Shown piece after piece: positions 27,765 through 38,745 of a stretch of DNA of 64,000 bases (position 1 is its first letter; the number at the start of each line of letters is the position of its first letter). The stretch spans positions 10,605 through 74,604 of the forward strand of contig JABDDA010000002.1 in NCBI GenBank assembly GCA_013287845.1, given 5' to 3'. The notes below the pieces were generated by a model. The model saw only the letters and a list, made by a program, of their open reading frames with translations. It was not told the DNA's origin and ran no database searches. A program made the position numbers and the translations under genes. The DNA comes from Gammaproteobacteria bacterium. Its GTDB lineage: Bacteria > Pseudomonadota > Gammaproteobacteria > DSM-16500.

Positions 27765-28841
27765 TTAGTTTTCGACCCCCAATTCCCTCAAAATTTCTTT
27801 TTCTAACTCTTCTGGTTTAGGTAATTTATCAGCCCACTCAGGCGGTAATTTTTTTGTTAAACAAAATTCTGAAACACCAACAGGATTATTTAATCCACGC
27901 AACGCATATTCCACTTCAAAATTATTTCGTTCAGAACATAAAACAATTCCAATAGATGGATTTTCATCGGGTTCACGCACAAAATCATCTAGCAAATTTA
28001 AATAGAAATTCATTTTACCTGCATGTTCAGGTTGAAATTTCCCCATTTTTAATTCCATTGCAACTAATGATTTTAATTTGCGATTATAAAAAAGTAGATC
28101 AATAAAATATTCGTTGCCTTGCGCAAGAATTCGATATTGATTTCCCATAAAAGTAAAACCGTATCCTAATTCCAACATGACTGTTTTGATTTTATCGACC
28201 ATGCGATTTTCTAAAGTAGACTATAATGTGGGGCTCGTTAATCCTAATGTATCTAACATATAAATATCTTTCATCGCGCGATCTGCTTGTTCTGCAAGAT
28301 GTTCTGGCAATGCGTGCTGAAAATTATTTTGTTTTTTGGCTAACAAATGTCGTTCATAAGCTTGAGAATTAATTTGTATTAGCAGCACGTCTCGCGTCCA
28401 TCCCATTTGTCGGCTCATTTCAAGATAGTATTGCTTAGCTTCCAGTGCTTTTACTTTATTAAGAATCAATAAGTTATGGCCCCACGGAATTTCTGCAACA
28501 AGCTGTTGCAGAATTGATTGATTTTTGTACTCCAGGTAAAAACGACGCATCTCCCACAAATTACGCGTTGAGAATCCATAAGTGGATTCAGGAAAAGCCC
28601 GTCGCAAATCAAGTGACAATTGCTCAACAACAGATTTTCCCCAATGAAATTTTTCCTGAGCCTCTACTATCCTTCGTCCCAACCACCAATAAAGATTGAA
28701 CTGCTCTCTGTTTGCTGCCCTAACAAAATTAATTCGCGTAATTTGAATTTTACTTTTCGTTTCTTTCAACAAATCCAAATAATTTTGATTCATCGGATCA
28801 AAATTATCTTTTTTAATATCATTCTCAGAAAAATTAAGCAT
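27765..28841 (-). pseudogene. DUF1016/YhcG PD-(D/E)XK nuclease gene interrupted by one in-frame TAG
   Basis: ORFs 28221..28841 and 27765..28202 are in the same frame, separated by the TAG at 28221..28223. The read-through ..LGLTSPTL*STLENRMVDKIKTVMLELGYGF matches the intact paralogue at 56901..58082. Confidence 0.65.
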
Positions 28842-29045
28842 AATGATTCTCCTTTTTTAAAAATTTAAATAATAAAAACCCGTTTAAAAAATGAGGAATA
28901 AATCGGAGATGAAATGAATATGACAAAATAAATATTTGCTAAAACTGAAACGTATCATACACAAAAAATTTCAAATGACAAGAAAAACCTCGAGCATTTT
29001 TTAAAAATTCCAGCTATGATTAAAATAATTAAAAGGAGTTTACGG

Positions 29046-29396
29046 ATGAAAAAATTTATTTTTATTTTTTTCGCTAGCATCATTTCAATTACTTCAACTT
29101 ACGCATTCAACGCATCATTCATGAAATATTCCCCCGGATTTTATTTCACCGATTCCGATTGGAAAATTTCACAACAAACAATGAAAGAAACACTGGATAA
29201 AACACCTGATAATTCTAAAGTCAGTTGGAAAAATCCAGCAACCGGCGCAGGTGGATATTTTATTCCATCGAATACAAGTAATCAGAATGGTAACCGTTGT
29301 CGTACATTACAAATTTTCAGCGAAGTAAATCAAGTGACAGGAAAATCTAGCTATCGATTTTGTTATATAAATAACGAATGGAGAATTGTTGAATAA
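29046..29396 (+). CDS. small secreted protein, 17-kDa surface-antigen-like
   Basis: AAGGAG RBS and signal peptide MKKFIFIFFASIISITSTYA. Pattern W.N..TG..G....CR........G......C..NNEW.I recalls the 17kDa_Anti_2 family. Confidence 0.5.
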   Translation: MKKFIFIFFASIISITSTYAFNASFMKYSPGFYFTDSDWKISQQTMKETLDKTPDNSKVSWKNPATGAGGYFIPSNTSNQNGNRCRTLQIFSEVNQVTGKSSYRFCYINNEWRIVE

Positions 29397-29446
29397 AAAA
29401 ATTTTAGTTATGATTTGATATTGAATATTTAATAAGGATATAAATT

Positions 29447-29890
29447 ATGATATGGCTCATGACGACCAACTCAAATATCTGCCGAATTTATGAATATAAT
29501 ATGCATCCCGCTGCTTCCCTCACATTAGTCACTGAAATAAATCATCCAGAAAATAAAATGAAAAAAGGAGATTTTTTTACTTCTGATAAACCCGGACATT
29601 ATCATACTAATGTTGCTGCGCATGGCACATATTCTTCTCCGACAGATCCTAAAGAAGTTGAATTTGAAAATTTCGCGCGTGAAATTGCTGCTGCATTAGA
29701 TAAAGGACGAAATACACAAGCGTATAAAACATTAATTGTCGTTGCAGCACCCCATATGTACGGCCTTTTATCAAAACATCTTAATAAACAAGTCAAAGAT
29801 TTCATGAAAAATACAATTCAAAAAGATGTAGTACAACTTTCACAGCATGAATTATTAAAATTTTTAGAGGAAAATGTTGATATTCCATAA
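29447..29890 (+). CDS. host-attachment-protein family protein
   Basis: 147 aa. The LIVVAAPHMYGLLSKHL...IQKDVVQLSQHELLKFL layout recalls the Host_attach family. Confidence 0.5.
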   Translation: MIWLMTTNSNICRIYEYNMHPAASLTLVTEINHPENKMKKGDFFTSDKPGHYHTNVAAHGTYSSPTDPKEVEFENFAREIAAALDKGRNTQAYKTLIVVAAPHMYGLLSKHLNKQVKDFMKNTIQKDVVQLSQHELLKFLEENVDIP

Positions 29891-29963
29891 AAATTTCACC
29901 AAACCCCTTGCTCTTCTAATTAAGAATGATTATCATCTAGGGACTTAATCAAGGGGAGTTTGT

Positions 29964-30788
29964 ATGTGGGCTGCTGCCATTATTGTATTTCGTGAAGTCT
30001 TTGAAATTGCAATTATCATGTGTGTTGTACTCGCTGCAACACAACAATTACAAAATAAAAATAAGTGGATTTTATTAGGCATTTTAGGTGGAACCGCTGG
30101 CGCTATTCTTTTCGCATTCATCACTCAATTTATTGCATCCATGACAGGTGAAGCAGGAAAACTCTATTTTAATGCGGGTATTTTATTAGTTGCTGTCATG
30201 ATGATTGGATGGACAGTAGTTTGGATGAAACAACACGGAAAAATGATCGTTCATAATATGAAACAAGTGAGTCATGCGGTCAGCGCAGGTGAAAAACCGT
30301 TATATGCACTTGCTATTATTATTGGTCTTGCGGTGTTACGCGAAGGCAGTGAAATTGTCGTGTTTATTTACGGTTTAATTGCATCTGATCAAACGAATTT
30401 GGTAAGTGGAATGCTAGGAAGTTTGGTGGGACTCGGCTTAGGTTGTGTATTTGGTTTATGCATGTATTACGGATTATTACGTTTATCCGTGAAATATTTA
30501 TTTCAAATTCCCAGCGTTTTATTAACGTTAATTGCATGCGGAATGGCTGCTAATGCAGCAGGAAAATTAGTGAATGCTGGATTACTTCCTGCATTTATTA
30601 ATTCAATATGGAACACGTCTGCTTTCTTACCGCAACATAGCTGGTTTGGACGATTTTTATTTATCTTAATCGGATATCAAGATAATCCAAATGGCATGCA
30701 AGCATTGTTTTACTTGTTAACACTTGCATCAATTTGGCTTTTCGCAAAACGTAAATCAATTTTATCTCCGCAAAAAATATCGAAATAA
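29964..30788 (+). CDS. FTR1/EfeU-family iron permease
   Basis: Polytopic ORF with two REXXE motifs (FREVFEIAI and LREGSEIVVF). Confidence 0.8.
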   Translation: MWAAAIIVFREVFEIAIIMCVVLAATQQLQNKNKWILLGILGGTAGAILFAFITQFIASMTGEAGKLYFNAGILLVAVMMIGWTVVWMKQHGKMIVHNMKQVSHAVSAGEKPLYALAIIIGLAVLREGSEIVVFIYGLIASDQTNLVSGMLGSLVGLGLGCVFGLCMYYGLLRLSVKYLFQIPSVLLTLIACGMAANAAGKLVNAGLLPAFINSIWNTSAFLPQHSWFGRFLFILIGYQDNPNGMQALFYLLTLASIWLFAKRKSILSPQKISK

Positions 30789-30880
30789 AAATTATTTATA
30801 TTTTCTTTTGCGGAATTTTTTGGGGCCGTGTGGGCCTTTACCTCTGGGCATAAATCCTCCTACTGTTTTTACCGCGCCTA

Positions 30881-32329
30881 TCATAGCAAAGAATTTTCTC
30901 TTTTTAAAATCATTCCATATTTGCTATCAATCGATCTTAATAAACCTTCTTTCTCATCGATCCAATTGTGATTGCTTTGCTGTTGCTGCTCACAGCAATT
31001 AATTTCATCATTAAGCGCGTTTAAAGAGATACCTGCCGCATTTTCAATAGAAATCACTGCGTACACTTCTTCTGAAATAAGAGGAGAAAACAGCTGCATT
31101 TCTTGTAATGATAAATTTTCCAAACCCCATTTTTTATGGATGCAAAATGCAACCATTTTGCCCACCACATCATGCGCCGCACGAAAACTCATCCCTTTTT
31201 TAACTAAATATTCCGCTAAAATAGTTGCATTCAAATACCCCTGCTGCGTTGCTTGATACATATTCTCTTCATTTATTTTAAGTGTTTTTAATAAAGGAGA
31301 ATAAATCGTTAACGTTTGTCGCAATGTTTTTATCACGTCAAATAAAGGTTCTTTATCTTCTTGCATGTCTTTGTTATACGCTAAAGGCAATCCTTTCAGC
31401 ATCGTTAAGACTGAAATTAAAGCACCGTAAACACGCCCTGCTTTACCTCTTCCCAATTCAACAATATCAGGATTTTTTTTCTGCGGCATAATACTGCTGC
31501 CCGTACAATAACTTTCATCGAAACAAATAAAATTAAATTCTTGGCTAGACCATAAAATTAATTCTTCACTCAATCGAGAAAGATGCATCATGATCAACGC
31601 ACTGGCGGATAAAAATTCCACAACAAAATCTCGATCACTCACTGCATCCAATGTATTAAAATAAATATGATCAAACCCTAATTCAGTCGCGACAAATTGT
31701 TTATCAATCGCAAGACTGGTTCCATTTAATGCTGCTGCACCGAGCGGTGATATATTCACACGCGTCCAATTATTTTTTAAGCGATCAATGTCACGTTGAA
31801 ACATAGCAACATATGCGAGCCAATGTTGCGCTAAATAAATCGGCTGTGCTCGCTGAAGATGAGTGTATCCAGGAAAAATAATATTTTTATTTTTTTTTGC
31901 TAATGTGATTAATGCATTTTGTAAACAAAATAATAATTTTATAATGACGACAATTTGTTTACGCAAATATAAATGTAAATCAAGTGCAACTTGATCATTA
32001 CGACTGCGCGCAGTATGTAATTTACCCGCAGTTTCACCAATATATTCCGTAAGAATACGTTCTATATTCATGTGAATATCTTCATCTTCTATTCTAAATT
32101 GCAATTCATTTTTAGAAATCGCATGAGTGATTTTTTTTAATCCCATTTGTATTTTTTTGTTTTCTTCTACTGTAATGATTCCACACTGCTGCAACATGTT
32201 CGCATGCGCCATGCTTCCTAAAATATCTTCATGCGCTAGTTCAACATCAAAATGAATGGATGCAACATATTCTTCAACATGGAAATTGGTTTCAGTGGTA
32301 TATCGTCCTCCCCATAATTTTTTATTCAT
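30881..32329 (-). CDS. argH: argininosuccinate lyase
   Basis: [16 protein letters not shown]-terminus and the fumarate-lyase signature [12 protein letters not shown]. Overlaps the argG stop. Confidence 0.93.
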   Translation of the reverse strand: MNKKLWGGRYTTETNFHVEEYVASIHFDVELAHEDILGSMAHANMLQQCGIITVEENKKIQMGLKKITHAISKNELQFRIEDEDIHMNIERILTEYIGETAGKLHTARSRNDQVALDLHLYLRKQIVVIIKLLFCLQNALITLAKKNKNIIFPGYTHLQRAQPIYLAQHWLAYVAMFQRDIDRLKNNWTRVNISPLGAAALNGTSLAIDKQFVATELGFDHIYFNTLDAVSDRDFVVEFLSASALIMMHLSRLSEELILWSSQEFNFICFDESYCTGSSIMPQKKNPDIVELGRGKAGRVYGALISVLTMLKGLPLAYNKDMQEDKEPLFDVIKTLRQTLTIYSPLLKTLKINEENMYQATQQGYLNATILAEYLVKKGMSFRAAHDVVGKMVAFCIHKKWGLENLSLQEMQLFSPLISEEVYAVISIENAAGISLNALNDEINCCEQQQQSNHNWIDEKEGLLRSIDSKYGMILKRENSLL

Positions 32330-33522
32330 AATTTTTTCTCAAGATGATGATATGTTTGCGTTTGCAAACCCCATAATTTAATAAAACCCACAGCAGCGTG
32401 ATGATCAAATTGATCTTCTGCTGCATACGTCGCCAATTGTTTTACATATAAAGAATACGGTGATGATCTTCCCACAACCGTAGCATGTCCTTTATGTAAT
32501 TTTATTCTGACTTTTCCTGTCACACGTTGTTGTGTTGTTTGAATGAAGGCATATAACGAATCACGTAACGGTGAAAACCAAAGTCCTTCATAAATTAAAT
32601 TTGCAAAATAATTTTCTATCATGGGTTTCATATGTGAAACTTCTCGCACAAGCGTGAGCGCTTCTAATGCTTTATGTGCAGTGATTAATGTCATTGCAGC
32701 AGGTGCTTCATACACTTCTCGTGATTTAATTCCAATTAATCTATTTTCAATATGATCAATACGACCAACACCATGCAATCCAGCAATTTGATTTAATTCT
32801 GTGATCAATTCAACAAAAGATTTCGGCTGATCATTTAATGTTGTTGGAATACCTTTTTCAAATCCAATGGTAATTTCAACTGGATGATCGGGTGTTTGAT
32901 TAATATTTTTTGTTAATGCATAAGCAGCTTCAGGTGGTTCAGCCCAGGGATCTTCTAATATTCCACATTCACAACTTCTTCCCCATAAGTTTTGATCGAT
33001 ACTAAATGGATTATTTAAATCAATCGGCAATGGAATATCATGTTGAGTCGCATAATGAATAGCATCTTCACGCGACATAGGATTTTCTCTTGCAGGTGCA
33101 ACAATTTTTAAATGGGGTGCCAGTGCTTTAATCGTCACGTCAAAACGAACTTGATCATTTCCTTTTCCTGTACAGCCATGTGCAACAGCTTCTGCATTTT
33201 CTTTCATTGCAATTTCAACTAATGCGCGCGCAATGAGCGGTCTTGATAAAGCAGAAATCAAAGGATAAATGCCTTCATAAAGTGTGTTGGCTTGAAGCGC
33301 AGGAATTAAAAATTCATTCGCAAAATTTTCTTGCAAAGGCAACACATAACATTTGCTTGCACCAATTTTTAATGCTTTTTCTTGAATTGGTTGTAATTCT
33401 TTTCCTTCACCGACATCCATCGCAACTGCAATCACGTCATAACCGTAATGATCTTGCAGCCATTTAATCGAACAAGACGTATCTAAACCACCCGAGTATG
33501 CAAGAATAATTTTTTTAGACAT
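32326..33522 (-). CDS. argG: argininosuccinate synthase
   Basis: [13 protein letters not shown]-loop motif. 398 aa. Confidence 0.93.
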   Translation of the reverse strand: MSKKIILAYSGGLDTSCSIKWLQDHYGYDVIAVAMDVGEGKELQPIQEKALKIGASKCYVLPLQENFANEFLIPALQANTLYEGIYPLISALSRPLIARALVEIAMKENAEAVAHGCTGKGNDQVRFDVTIKALAPHLKIVAPARENPMSREDAIHYATQHDIPLPIDLNNPFSIDQNLWGRSCECGILEDPWAEPPEAAYALTKNINQTPDHPVEITIGFEKGIPTTLNDQPKSFVELITELNQIAGLHGVGRIDHIENRLIGIKSREVYEAPAAMTLITAHKALEALTLVREVSHMKPMIENYFANLIYEGLWFSPLRDSLYAFIQTTQQRVTGKVRIKLHKGHATVVGRSSPYSLYVKQLATYAAEDQFDHHAAVGFIKLWGLQTQTYHHLEKKL

Positions 33523-36500
33523 AATTTATTTCCTCATTTTTTAATAAATGTAAAAGCAATGCTTTTTGAATATGTAATCGATTTTCACTTTGCTGATAAA
33601 TGACTGAGCATGGCTGATCAGGTAATGTGTGACTCACTTCTGTTCCACGCACCATTGGCAAACAATGCATAAAAATAGCTTCAGGTAAGGCATATTTCAT
33701 GAGTGCTTCATTCACTTGAAAGCCATCAAAAAGAAAATGATTATTTTCATTTTCAAATCCCATGCTCGTCCATACATCGGTGTAAACAGCATGTGCATGA
33801 GCAACTGCTGCGTCAGGAGAAGAAAAAGATTTTATTTTTCCTGAATGCGCATGTGATTTTTCTATACTTTTTTCTAAAATATTTTCATCAGGTCCACGCG
33901 TTTCTGGACAACAATAATGAAGATGAATTCCCATTTGCGGCGCAAGCAATAATAAACTATGCAAAATATTATTTCCGTCACCGATATAACTTAATGTTAA
34001 TCCTTGCAGTGAACCAAATTTTTCATGCAGCGTTAAAAGATCCGCTAATATCTGGCAGGGATGATGCAACGCAGATAATCCATTAATAATAGGCACTTTT
34101 GATGTTTTACACATCTTTTCTAAAATACTATCTTCATGTGTTCGCACGACAATTGCGTGACAATAACCACTTAACACACCGGCTTGATCTTCGGGTGTTT
34201 CTGTTTTTCGTGTGGACTCTACACTTTCAATGACATCTCCACCTAATTCTCGAACAGCGACCGAAAAACTAAATCGCGTACGCAAAGAGGGCTTATCAAA
34301 TAATAATGCAAGATGGTGTCCATTTAATTCATTAGAAATTTCTTTTTTTGCACGTTTAGATTTTAAAAAAATTGCATCAGATAGAAGCGATTCAATTTCT
34401 TTTTTTGTTAATTCTTCACCTGTTAAAATATGCTTTGGCTTTTGAATGGATTGCACTAAACGAATATTTTCTTGCAAAGAAATAAGATGAAAATTATTTT
34501 TTTTCTGATATTCAATCGCAGAAACTATTGCAGCAGCTGCATTGAATGAAGTGACATAGCTGATTCCTTTATTAATCGCATAACGTATGCCTTTCATCAC
34601 AGAAACATCTGTTTCTGTTGACTCATGTAACGCAATAATTAAATCACATTGCTCAGGTATTTCAGAAGTAAACAAATGAAAACCTAATTGATTCAATTTT
34701 TCTGAAATTTGTTTTAACAAATTCGCGCACGATGCTGTCGAGATTAAATAAATATTTCCAGAGTGCGGCAATACATTACCCGCTGCTATTTGTGCTTTTG
34801 CATATGCTTCTTGAATTGTTTTTCCCATTCCCATCACCTCCCCCGTTGATTTCATTTCAGGACCTAACATGGCTGATGCATTTGGAAATTTTGCAAAAGG
34901 TAAAACAGCTTCTTTTACATAATAAAAAGGTAATTCAGGCATTTTTGTAATACCCAACTCTACCAATGTTTTTCCAAGCACACAGTGTGTTGCTATTTGA
35001 ACTAAAGGTAATCCTGTCACTTTGCATAAAAAAGGTAATGTTCTTGATGCACGCGGATTCACTTCAATGATATAAATTTTATTCTCTTTCACAGCAAATT
35101 GAATATTCAATGCGCCTTTTAATTTTAAATGAGAAGCCATTTTTTGTGTTTGCTGCATGATGGCTAATTTAATTTCATCTGAGATATTCATCGGTGGTGT
35201 GAAACACGCTGAATCACCCGAATGAATTCCAGCAGGTTCAATTTGTTCTAACAATGCAGGAATAAAAATAGTCTCGCCATCTGAAATAGCATCCACATCA
35301 ATTTCAATTGCATTCGTTAAAAATTCTTCAATTAACACTGCATAATGAGAATGTGATGAAAATATTTGAGTAAGACATTTTTGCAATTGTTTTTCATCAG
35401 TGATGATAGCCATTGATGATCCCCCTAAAACAAATGACGGTCTCACAATCAATGGAAATCCAATTTGTTTTGCAGCAGACATCCCTTCTTCTAAGGTGTA
35501 TACACTTTTATTTTTGGGTTGATTTAATTTTAAATTTTGAATTAATTTTTTAAAATGATCGCGATCTTCTGTAGCTTGTATTATTTCACTGTCTAAACCG
35601 AGTAAAGGAACGCCGGAAAGTGCAAGACCTTTTGCAAGTTGTAATGGCGTTTGTCCACCGTATTGAACGAGCACACCGATAGGTTTTTCATTTTCAATTA
35701 CAGCAAGTATGTCTTCTAATGTCAGTGGAATACAATACAATCTATCAACAACATCATAATCAGTAGACACAGTCTCTGGATTGCAATTCACCATAATGGT
35801 TTCATAACCCGCTTTTTTTAAGGCTTTTACTGCATGCACACAACAATAATCAAATTCAATTCCTTGACCAATTCGATTGGGGCCACTTCCAATCACAAGT
35901 ATTTTCGGTGCAGACGTTGGCATTGCTTCACACGTTTGTTCATACGTTCCATACATGTACGCTGTGGGAGTGACAAATTCACCTGCACAACTATCAATAC
36001 GTTTATACACAGGATGAATTTTATTTTTTCCCCTCAGCTGATAAATTTCTTTTTCAGTACAATTTAAAAGATGCGCAATACGTGAATCAGAAAATCCTGA
36101 TTTTTTATATTTTTTTAATAATGCTGGCGTCAAGTTTTCAATGGTTAAAGAAATAATTTCCATTTCTGTTTGAATAATGGAATGAATTTCATTTAAAAAC
36201 CACAAATCAATTTTTGTCAGTTCTGCAATTTCATTGATAGTTATTTTTCGACGAAAGGCTTCACCGATGGCCCACAGTTGCATATGACCTGATGTTTTCA
36301 AATGTTCTTTCAATGAAACGAGATTTATTTTCGCATACTCATCACTGAATCCCTCTTGATTCATTTCAAGACTACGCATCGCTTTTTGTAAACTTTCTGA
36401 AAACGTACGTCCAATGGCCATGACTTCTCCAACAGAACGCATTTGCGGGCCTCTGTTAAAATTATTTTCTGAAAATTTTTCAAAATTAAAACGTGGAATT

Positions 36501-37573
36501 TTTACAACAACGTAATCTAAACTCGGTTCAAATGAAGCAGGTAATTGTTCACCGGTAATATCATTTTTTAATTCATCCAATGTATAACCGACTGCTAATT
36601 TTGCGGCAATTTTTGCGATAGGAAATCCACTCGCTTTTGAAACTAATGCAGAAGATCGAGACACACGCGGATTCATTTCAATCACAACCATTTTTCCTGT
36701 GTGAGGATGAATAGCAAATTGCACATTACTTCCACCGGTATCGACACCCACAGCACGCAATACACTAAACGCAGCTTGTCTCATGTGTTGATATTCTTTA
36801 TCGGTTAATGTTTGAATCGGTGCGACTGTAATGGAATCACCGGTATGAATTCCCAATGGATCGATATTTTCAACACCACATACAACGATACAATTATTTT
36901 TTTTATCACGAATAATTTCGAGTTCGAATTCTTTCCATCCTATGAGTGCTTCATCAATCATAACTTCTTGAAAAGGTGAAGCATGAAAAGCCTGCTCACA
37001 CAATTGAATAAATTCTTCTTCTGTATTTGCAATACCTGCACCTGTTCCTCCTAATGTAAATGAAGAACGAATCACGACAGGTAAATTAATTTTTTTCAAT
37101 ATTGTTTTTGCTTCTGTTATTTTTTTTATTTTCATTGAATGTGGAACTGATAATCCAATACTCTTCATTAAATTTTGAAATTGTGATCTATTTTCAGCAA
37201 GCTCAATTGCTTTAACTGAAGCACCAATTAATTCCACATGATATTTTTTTAATATTCCTTTTTTTTCTAATGCAAGCGCGCAATTTAATGCTGTTTGTCC
37301 ACCGAGTGTCGGTAATAATGCGTCGGGTTTTTCTTTTTCAATAATGCGTTCTAAAAATTCAACTGTGATAGGTTCAATGTAAGTGACATCTGCAATATCA
37401 GAATCTGTCATGATAGTCGCGGGATTTGAATTCACTAAAATCACTCGATACCCTTCTTCTTTAAGTGCTTTACAGGCTTGCGTTCCTGCATAATCAAATT
37501 CACATGCTTGTCCAATGACAATGGGGCCTGCTCCAATAATTAAAATATTTTTAATATCATTTCTTTTAGGCAT
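33515..37573 (-). CDS. carB-argF: carbamoyl-phosphate synthase large subunit fused to ornithine carbamoyltransferase
   Basis: One uninterrupted 1352-codon ORF. Residues 1 to ~1040 are CarB ([24 protein letters not shown] and a second half [24 protein letters not shown]). The last ~310 aa carry OTC motifs [21 protein letters not shown] and HCLP. Confidence 0.85.
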   Translation of the reverse strand: MPKRNDIKNILIIGAGPIVIGQACEFDYAGTQACKALKEEGYRVILVNSNPATIMTDSDIADVTYIEPITVEFLERIIEKEKPDALLPTLGGQTALNCALALEKKGILKKYHVELIGASVKAIELAENRSQFQNLMKSIGLSVPHSMKIKKITEAKTILKKINLPVVIRSSFTLGGTGAGIANTEEEFIQLCEQAFHASPFQEVMIDEALIGWKEFELEIIRDKKNNCIVVCGVENIDPLGIHTGDSITVAPIQTLTDKEYQHMRQAAFSVLRAVGVDTGGSNVQFAIHPHTGKMVVIEMNPRVSRSSALVSKASGFPIAKIAAKLAVGYTLDELKNDITGEQLPASFEPSLDYVVVKIPRFNFEKFSENNFNRGPQMRSVGEVMAIGRTFSESLQKAMRSLEMNQEGFSDEYAKINLVSLKEHLKTSGHMQLWAIGEAFRRKITINEIAELTKIDLWFLNEIHSIIQTEMEIISLTIENLTPALLKKYKKSGFSDSRIAHLLNCTEKEIYQLRGKNKIHPVYKRIDSCAGEFVTPTAYMYGTYEQTCEAMPTSAPKILVIGSGPNRIGQGIEFDYCCVHAVKALKKAGYETIMVNCNPETVSTDYDVVDRLYCIPLTLEDILAVIENEKPIGVLVQYGGQTPLQLAKGLALSGVPLLGLDSEIIQATEDRDHFKKLIQNLKLNQPKNKSVYTLEEGMSAAKQIGFPLIVRPSFVLGGSSMAIITDEKQLQKCLTQIFSSHSHYAVLIEEFLTNAIEIDVDAISDGETIFIPALLEQIEPAGIHSGDSACFTPPMNISDEIKLAIMQQTQKMASHLKLKGALNIQFAVKENKIYIIEVNPRASRTLPFLCKVTGLPLVQIATHCVLGKTLVELGITKMPELPFYYVKEAVLPFAKFPNASAMLGPEMKSTGEVMGMGKTIQEAYAKAQIAAGNVLPHSGNIYLISTASCANLLKQISEKLNQLGFHLFTSEIPEQCDLIIALHESTETDVSVMKGIRYAINKGISYVTSFNAAAAIVSAIEYQKKNNFHLISLQENIRLVQSIQKPKHILTGEELTKKEIESLLSDAIFLKSKRAKKEISNELNGHHLALLFDKPSLRTRFSFSVAVRELGGDVIESVESTRKTETPEDQAGVLSGYCHAIVVRTHEDSILEKMCKTSKVPIINGLSALHHPCQILADLLTLHEKFGSLQGLTLSYIGDGNNILHSLLLLAPQMGIHLHYCCPETRGPDENILEKSIEKSHAHSGKIKSFSSPDAAVAHAHAVYTDVWTSMGFENENNHFLFDGFQVNEALMKYALPEAIFMHCLPMVRGTEVSHTLPDQPCSVIYQQSENRLHIQKALLLHLLKNEEINYV

Positions 37574-38657
37574 AACTTTTCTCTATCATGGATTTAAATT
37601 GTTTAAACAATAGGGTTAATTCAATGGGGCCCGGTCCTGCTTCAGGATGTCCTTGAAAACCAAACGCAGGTGTATCTGTTCTTTCTATTCCTGCAATTGT
37701 GCTATCAAAAAGAGATCGATGTGTGACATTCAAACACGAAGGTAAATTTTCTTCTGAAACAACAAATCCATGATTTTGACTGCTGATAGAAACCACACAT
37801 GTATTCATATCTTGAATAGGATGATTTGCACCGTGATGTCCAAAAATCATTTTTTGTGTTTGCGCACCACTTGCAAGTGCGAGTAATTGATGTCCCAAAC
37901 AAATTGCCATCATTGGAATTTTATAAATTAATAATTTTTTAATGGCATCGATTGCATATGTACACGCTGCAGGGTCACCTGGCCCATTTGATAAAACAAT
38001 TCCATTCGGTTTTAATGAAACAATTTCTTCTACTGAAGTCATGGCAGGCACAATGGTGACAGCACAATTTAATTTAGAAAGACAATTTAAAATGCTTCGC
38101 TTCACACCAAAATCGTAAACAACAATATGATGTTTATTTTTTTGTTGTCCCCATGAATAGGATTTTTTTGTTGTGACTTCTTGCACTAAATCTTTTCCTA
38201 ATAATCCTGAATAATTTTTTGCATATTGATGTGCTTTTTCATAATCAATATTTCCTGTCATGATGCAACCCGATTGACTGCCAAATTGACGCAAATGATG
38301 CGTTAATGCACGTGTATCAATTTCACTGAGTGCAATGAATTTTTGTTCTTTTAAAAAATTTTGTAATGTATTTTCTGCTCGCCAATTACTTGCGATCGTT
38401 GAAATGTTTCTCATGATGGCTCCTTTCGCAAAAATGCGATCGGATTCCATATCGAATGAATTCACACCGACATTACCAATATGAGGTTGTGTGAAAACAA
38501 TTAATTGTTCGGTATAAGAAGGATCTGTTAATACTTCTTGATAGCCTGTTTGAGCTGTATTGAAAACCACTTCACCAGAAACATGTCCTGCGTGACCTAC
38601 ACTGACTCCTTCAAAGAAGGCTCCATCGGATAAAACTAAAATACCTGGGTTATTCAT
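37566..38657 (-). CDS. carA: carbamoyl-phosphate synthase small (glutaminase) subunit
   Basis: [14 protein letters not shown]-terminus and catalytic ICLGHQLL. Overlaps the carB start by 8 nt. Confidence 0.93.
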   Translation of the reverse strand: MNNPGILVLSDGAFFEGVSVGHAGHVSGEVVFNTAQTGYQEVLTDPSYTEQLIVFTQPHIGNVGVNSFDMESDRIFAKGAIMRNISTIASNWRAENTLQNFLKEQKFIALSEIDTRALTHHLRQFGSQSGCIMTGNIDYEKAHQYAKNYSGLLGKDLVQEVTTKKSYSWGQQKNKHHIVVYDFGVKRSILNCLSKLNCAVTIVPAMTSVEEIVSLKPNGIVLSNGPGDPAACTYAIDAIKKLLIYKIPMMAICLGHQLLALASGAQTQKMIFGHHGANHPIQDMNTCVVSISSQNHGFVVSEENLPSCLNVTHRSLFDSTIAGIERTDTPAFGFQGHPEAGPGPIELTLLFKQFKSMIEKSYA

Positions 38658-38677
38658 TTTTCGCGCCTTTTCTCGGT

Positions 38678-38715
38678 TGTATATTTATACGTTTATGTGT
38701 ATTATTATACATAAT
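38678..38715. promoter_or_regulatory. candidate tandem ARG boxes (ArgR operator) in the divergent arg promoter region
   Basis: TGTATATTTATACG (38678..38691) and TGTATTATTATACA (38698..38711) match 11/14 and 12/14 to the TGAATwwwwATTCA core and lie 20 bp apart. The second overlaps a CATAAT -10-like hexamer. argR is encoded in the same cluster. Confidence 0.4.
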
Positions 38716-38745
38716 GAAATAAATGTAAAGAGCGAGGTGTTTACG

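Noticed and set aside
30801..30870. Small G+C-rich patch (GGGGCCGTGTGGGCCTTTACCTCTGGGC) between the FTR1 gene and argH.
   Set aside because: It does not align with the GC-rich repeat family at 9306, 47067 and 53363 and has only a 4-bp stem, so there is not enough structure to call anything. The 92-aa ORF at 30724..31002 over it overlaps argH and is rejected.
33703..36067. ORF-track entries 33703..34086, 34212..34445, 34732..34950 and 35834..36067 on the plus strand.
   Set aside because: All lie antisense inside the carB-argF ORF, which has unmistakable CarB and OTC motifs. Their translations are low-complexity and lack RBS context, so they are shadow ORFs.
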